The translations under genes were made by a program, and so were the position numbers. Positions 62,918 through 64,000 of a stretch of DNA of 64,000 bases are shown here, piece after piece (within the stretch, counting starts at the first letter, position 1; each line of letters begins with the position of its first letter). Source of the DNA: Sphyrna mokarran (taxonomy: Eukaryota); the NCBI GenBank assembly GCA_024679065.1, contig JAGIQG010000025.1, positions 17,794,001-17,858,000 of the forward strand, given 5' to 3'. A model generated the notes under the pieces. That model was not told the origin of the DNA. It saw only the letters and a program-made list of their open reading frames with translations, and searched no databases.

Positions 62918-63672
62918 AAAGAACAAGAATGGAGGGAGATTGCAGGGTGCCCTGAAAGATGGTCCCCATGCACTCTTTGCACTTACTGATTGGACATGGG
63001 TATGGAAGTGGAGGGAGTCAAGGTTTAATAGGGATGCTGGTAATGAAAAATATGGATATATCCTTGCTCTGCAGGGTGATTCTGGAGTAGTGGACATTAG
63101 GGGTAGGGCAAAGCAAAGCTCAATAGTTCTTGGTGCAGAAGATAAAGCAACTAAATCACTTACTTCTCCCTTCAAGCATTCCAGTGCTATCAATTCCAAA
63201 CTGACAACTGGCAGAAGCTATTCAATCAAATTATGTAAATAATTTTGTCAACTTGCTTTGAGCCACCATCCTTAAGGATTTTAAGATGGGCAAAATATAC
63301 ACATGCAAGTTACGCTCAAGATCTACTTGCAATCATACAGCATGTCAATGTAGAAATGCCTGCCAATGCATTTTAAAAAAAAAAATCTGTAAGCCTGAGG
63401 CTCAATTGAGATTGCTTGGATGGTAATTAAAGTTTGGCAATTGTCTGTTTTTTCTCTTAAAACCTTAGTTCTTCCTGATTGTTGATGATCCATGTCAAAC
63501 AAAGAAAGCTGCCCTTCTGCATTCTTCCTTCAGAAGGCGATTTAGGACTGTCTTCCTTCTGAGCTTTGGAAGATACCACTTCCAAATGTCAGAATTGTGT
63601 GTGTGCACAAGATTCACCTCTCCCGTGATCTAGCACCAGAAAATAACCAAAAGCAGCCACAACCAGGAAAAT

Positions 63673-64000
63673 TATTAGTAGGGATATTGAGGACTTGGTT
63701 AGGAAGAAAAGAGAGGCATATGATAGGTCAAAGTAGCTGGGAACCAAGACAGCATTAAAGGAATATAGAGAGAGTAGGAGGGAGCTCGAACAGGGAGTTA
63801 GAAGGGCAAAAAGGGGGCATGAAATGATTTTGGCGGATAGGATTAAGGAAAATCCAAAGGCTTTTTACTCCTATGTTAGGAATAAAAGGGTGGTTAGAGG
63901 AAAAATTGGACCTCTTAGGGACGGAGGAGGGGAACTGTGCTTAGAGCCCGAGGGAATGGCAGAGATCCTGAATGAATACTTTGCATCGGTATTCACGAAG
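63673..64000 (+). mobile_element. Young 5'-truncated CR1/HER1 LINE ORF2, runs off the window
   Basis: Translates RDIEDLVRKKREAY..*..EYRESRRELEQGVRRAKRGHEMILADRIKENPKAFYSYVRNKR..IGPL..MAEILNEYFASVFTK, one stop only. Confidence 0.95.

Larger units (their letters stand above)
61100..63180 (-). mobile_element. Decayed L2 LINE ORF2 fragments with two nested SINEs
   Basis: LKKAILDSNVLSNY (LKKPxLDPxxLxNYRP) at ~62000-62045, PQFKIL at ~61165 and further L2-like sequence at 62920-63180. Confidence 0.7.
30253..64000 (-). other. MVB12B: MVB12B intron upstream of the exon (human intron 6 equivalent), continues beyond window end
   Basis: Ends in a polypyrimidine tract plus AG at 30253-30270 (minus). The preceding expected exon (GELNSMGIWYRMG-like) was not found by eye. 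Confidence 0.7.

Noticed and set aside
62653-63242. Overlapping 100-163 aa ORFs, and similar ORFs in other HE1 copies
   Set aside because: SINE and L2 sequence with few stop codons; the same peptides recur at every copy.
1-64000. CRISPR arrays, operons, tRNA/rRNA genes
   Set aside because: Vertebrate intronic DNA; the tRNA-like A/B boxes are SINE heads, and no regularly spaced repeat-spacer array was seen.

Overview
Eukaryotic, AT-rich, repeat-laden DNA from a cartilaginous fish, most likely a shark (inferred from HE1/V-SINEs, HER1/CR1 LINEs, Deu-domain SINEs and Penelope-like elements). Almost all ORFs in the supplied track are spurious or decayed transposon fragments. The only convincing coding sequence is one 98-bp minus-strand exon (30155-30252) of MVB12B/FAM125B, an ESCRT-I subunit, encoding (R)HISLTLPASFRGKMHGTRPDFEHQTSNLYAIS. 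The rest of the window is its two flanking introns. In mammals these lie in the PBX3-MVB12B-LMX1B regulatory block; here they carry long repeat-free, homeobox-motif-rich blocks. Highlights: (1) a ~125-bp, ~90% complementary inverted repeat (6280-6407 / 7059-7181) in which one arm is the body of a candidate stop-containing cassette exon, resembling an ADAR-editing or poison-exon switch, with a candidate alternative last exon nearby; (2) a probable shark counterpart of the conserved core of the NRON lncRNA (~41.35-41.56 kb); (3) an in-frame internal 5' splice site in the MVB12B exon; (4) hammerhead-ribozyme motifs in Penelope-like elements and their short palindromic derivatives; (5) three microhomology-bounded insertions copied from nearby DNA, plus a perfect 101-bp palindrome. 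All calls were made by eye. Repeat family names and human comparisons come from memory and need database confirmation.
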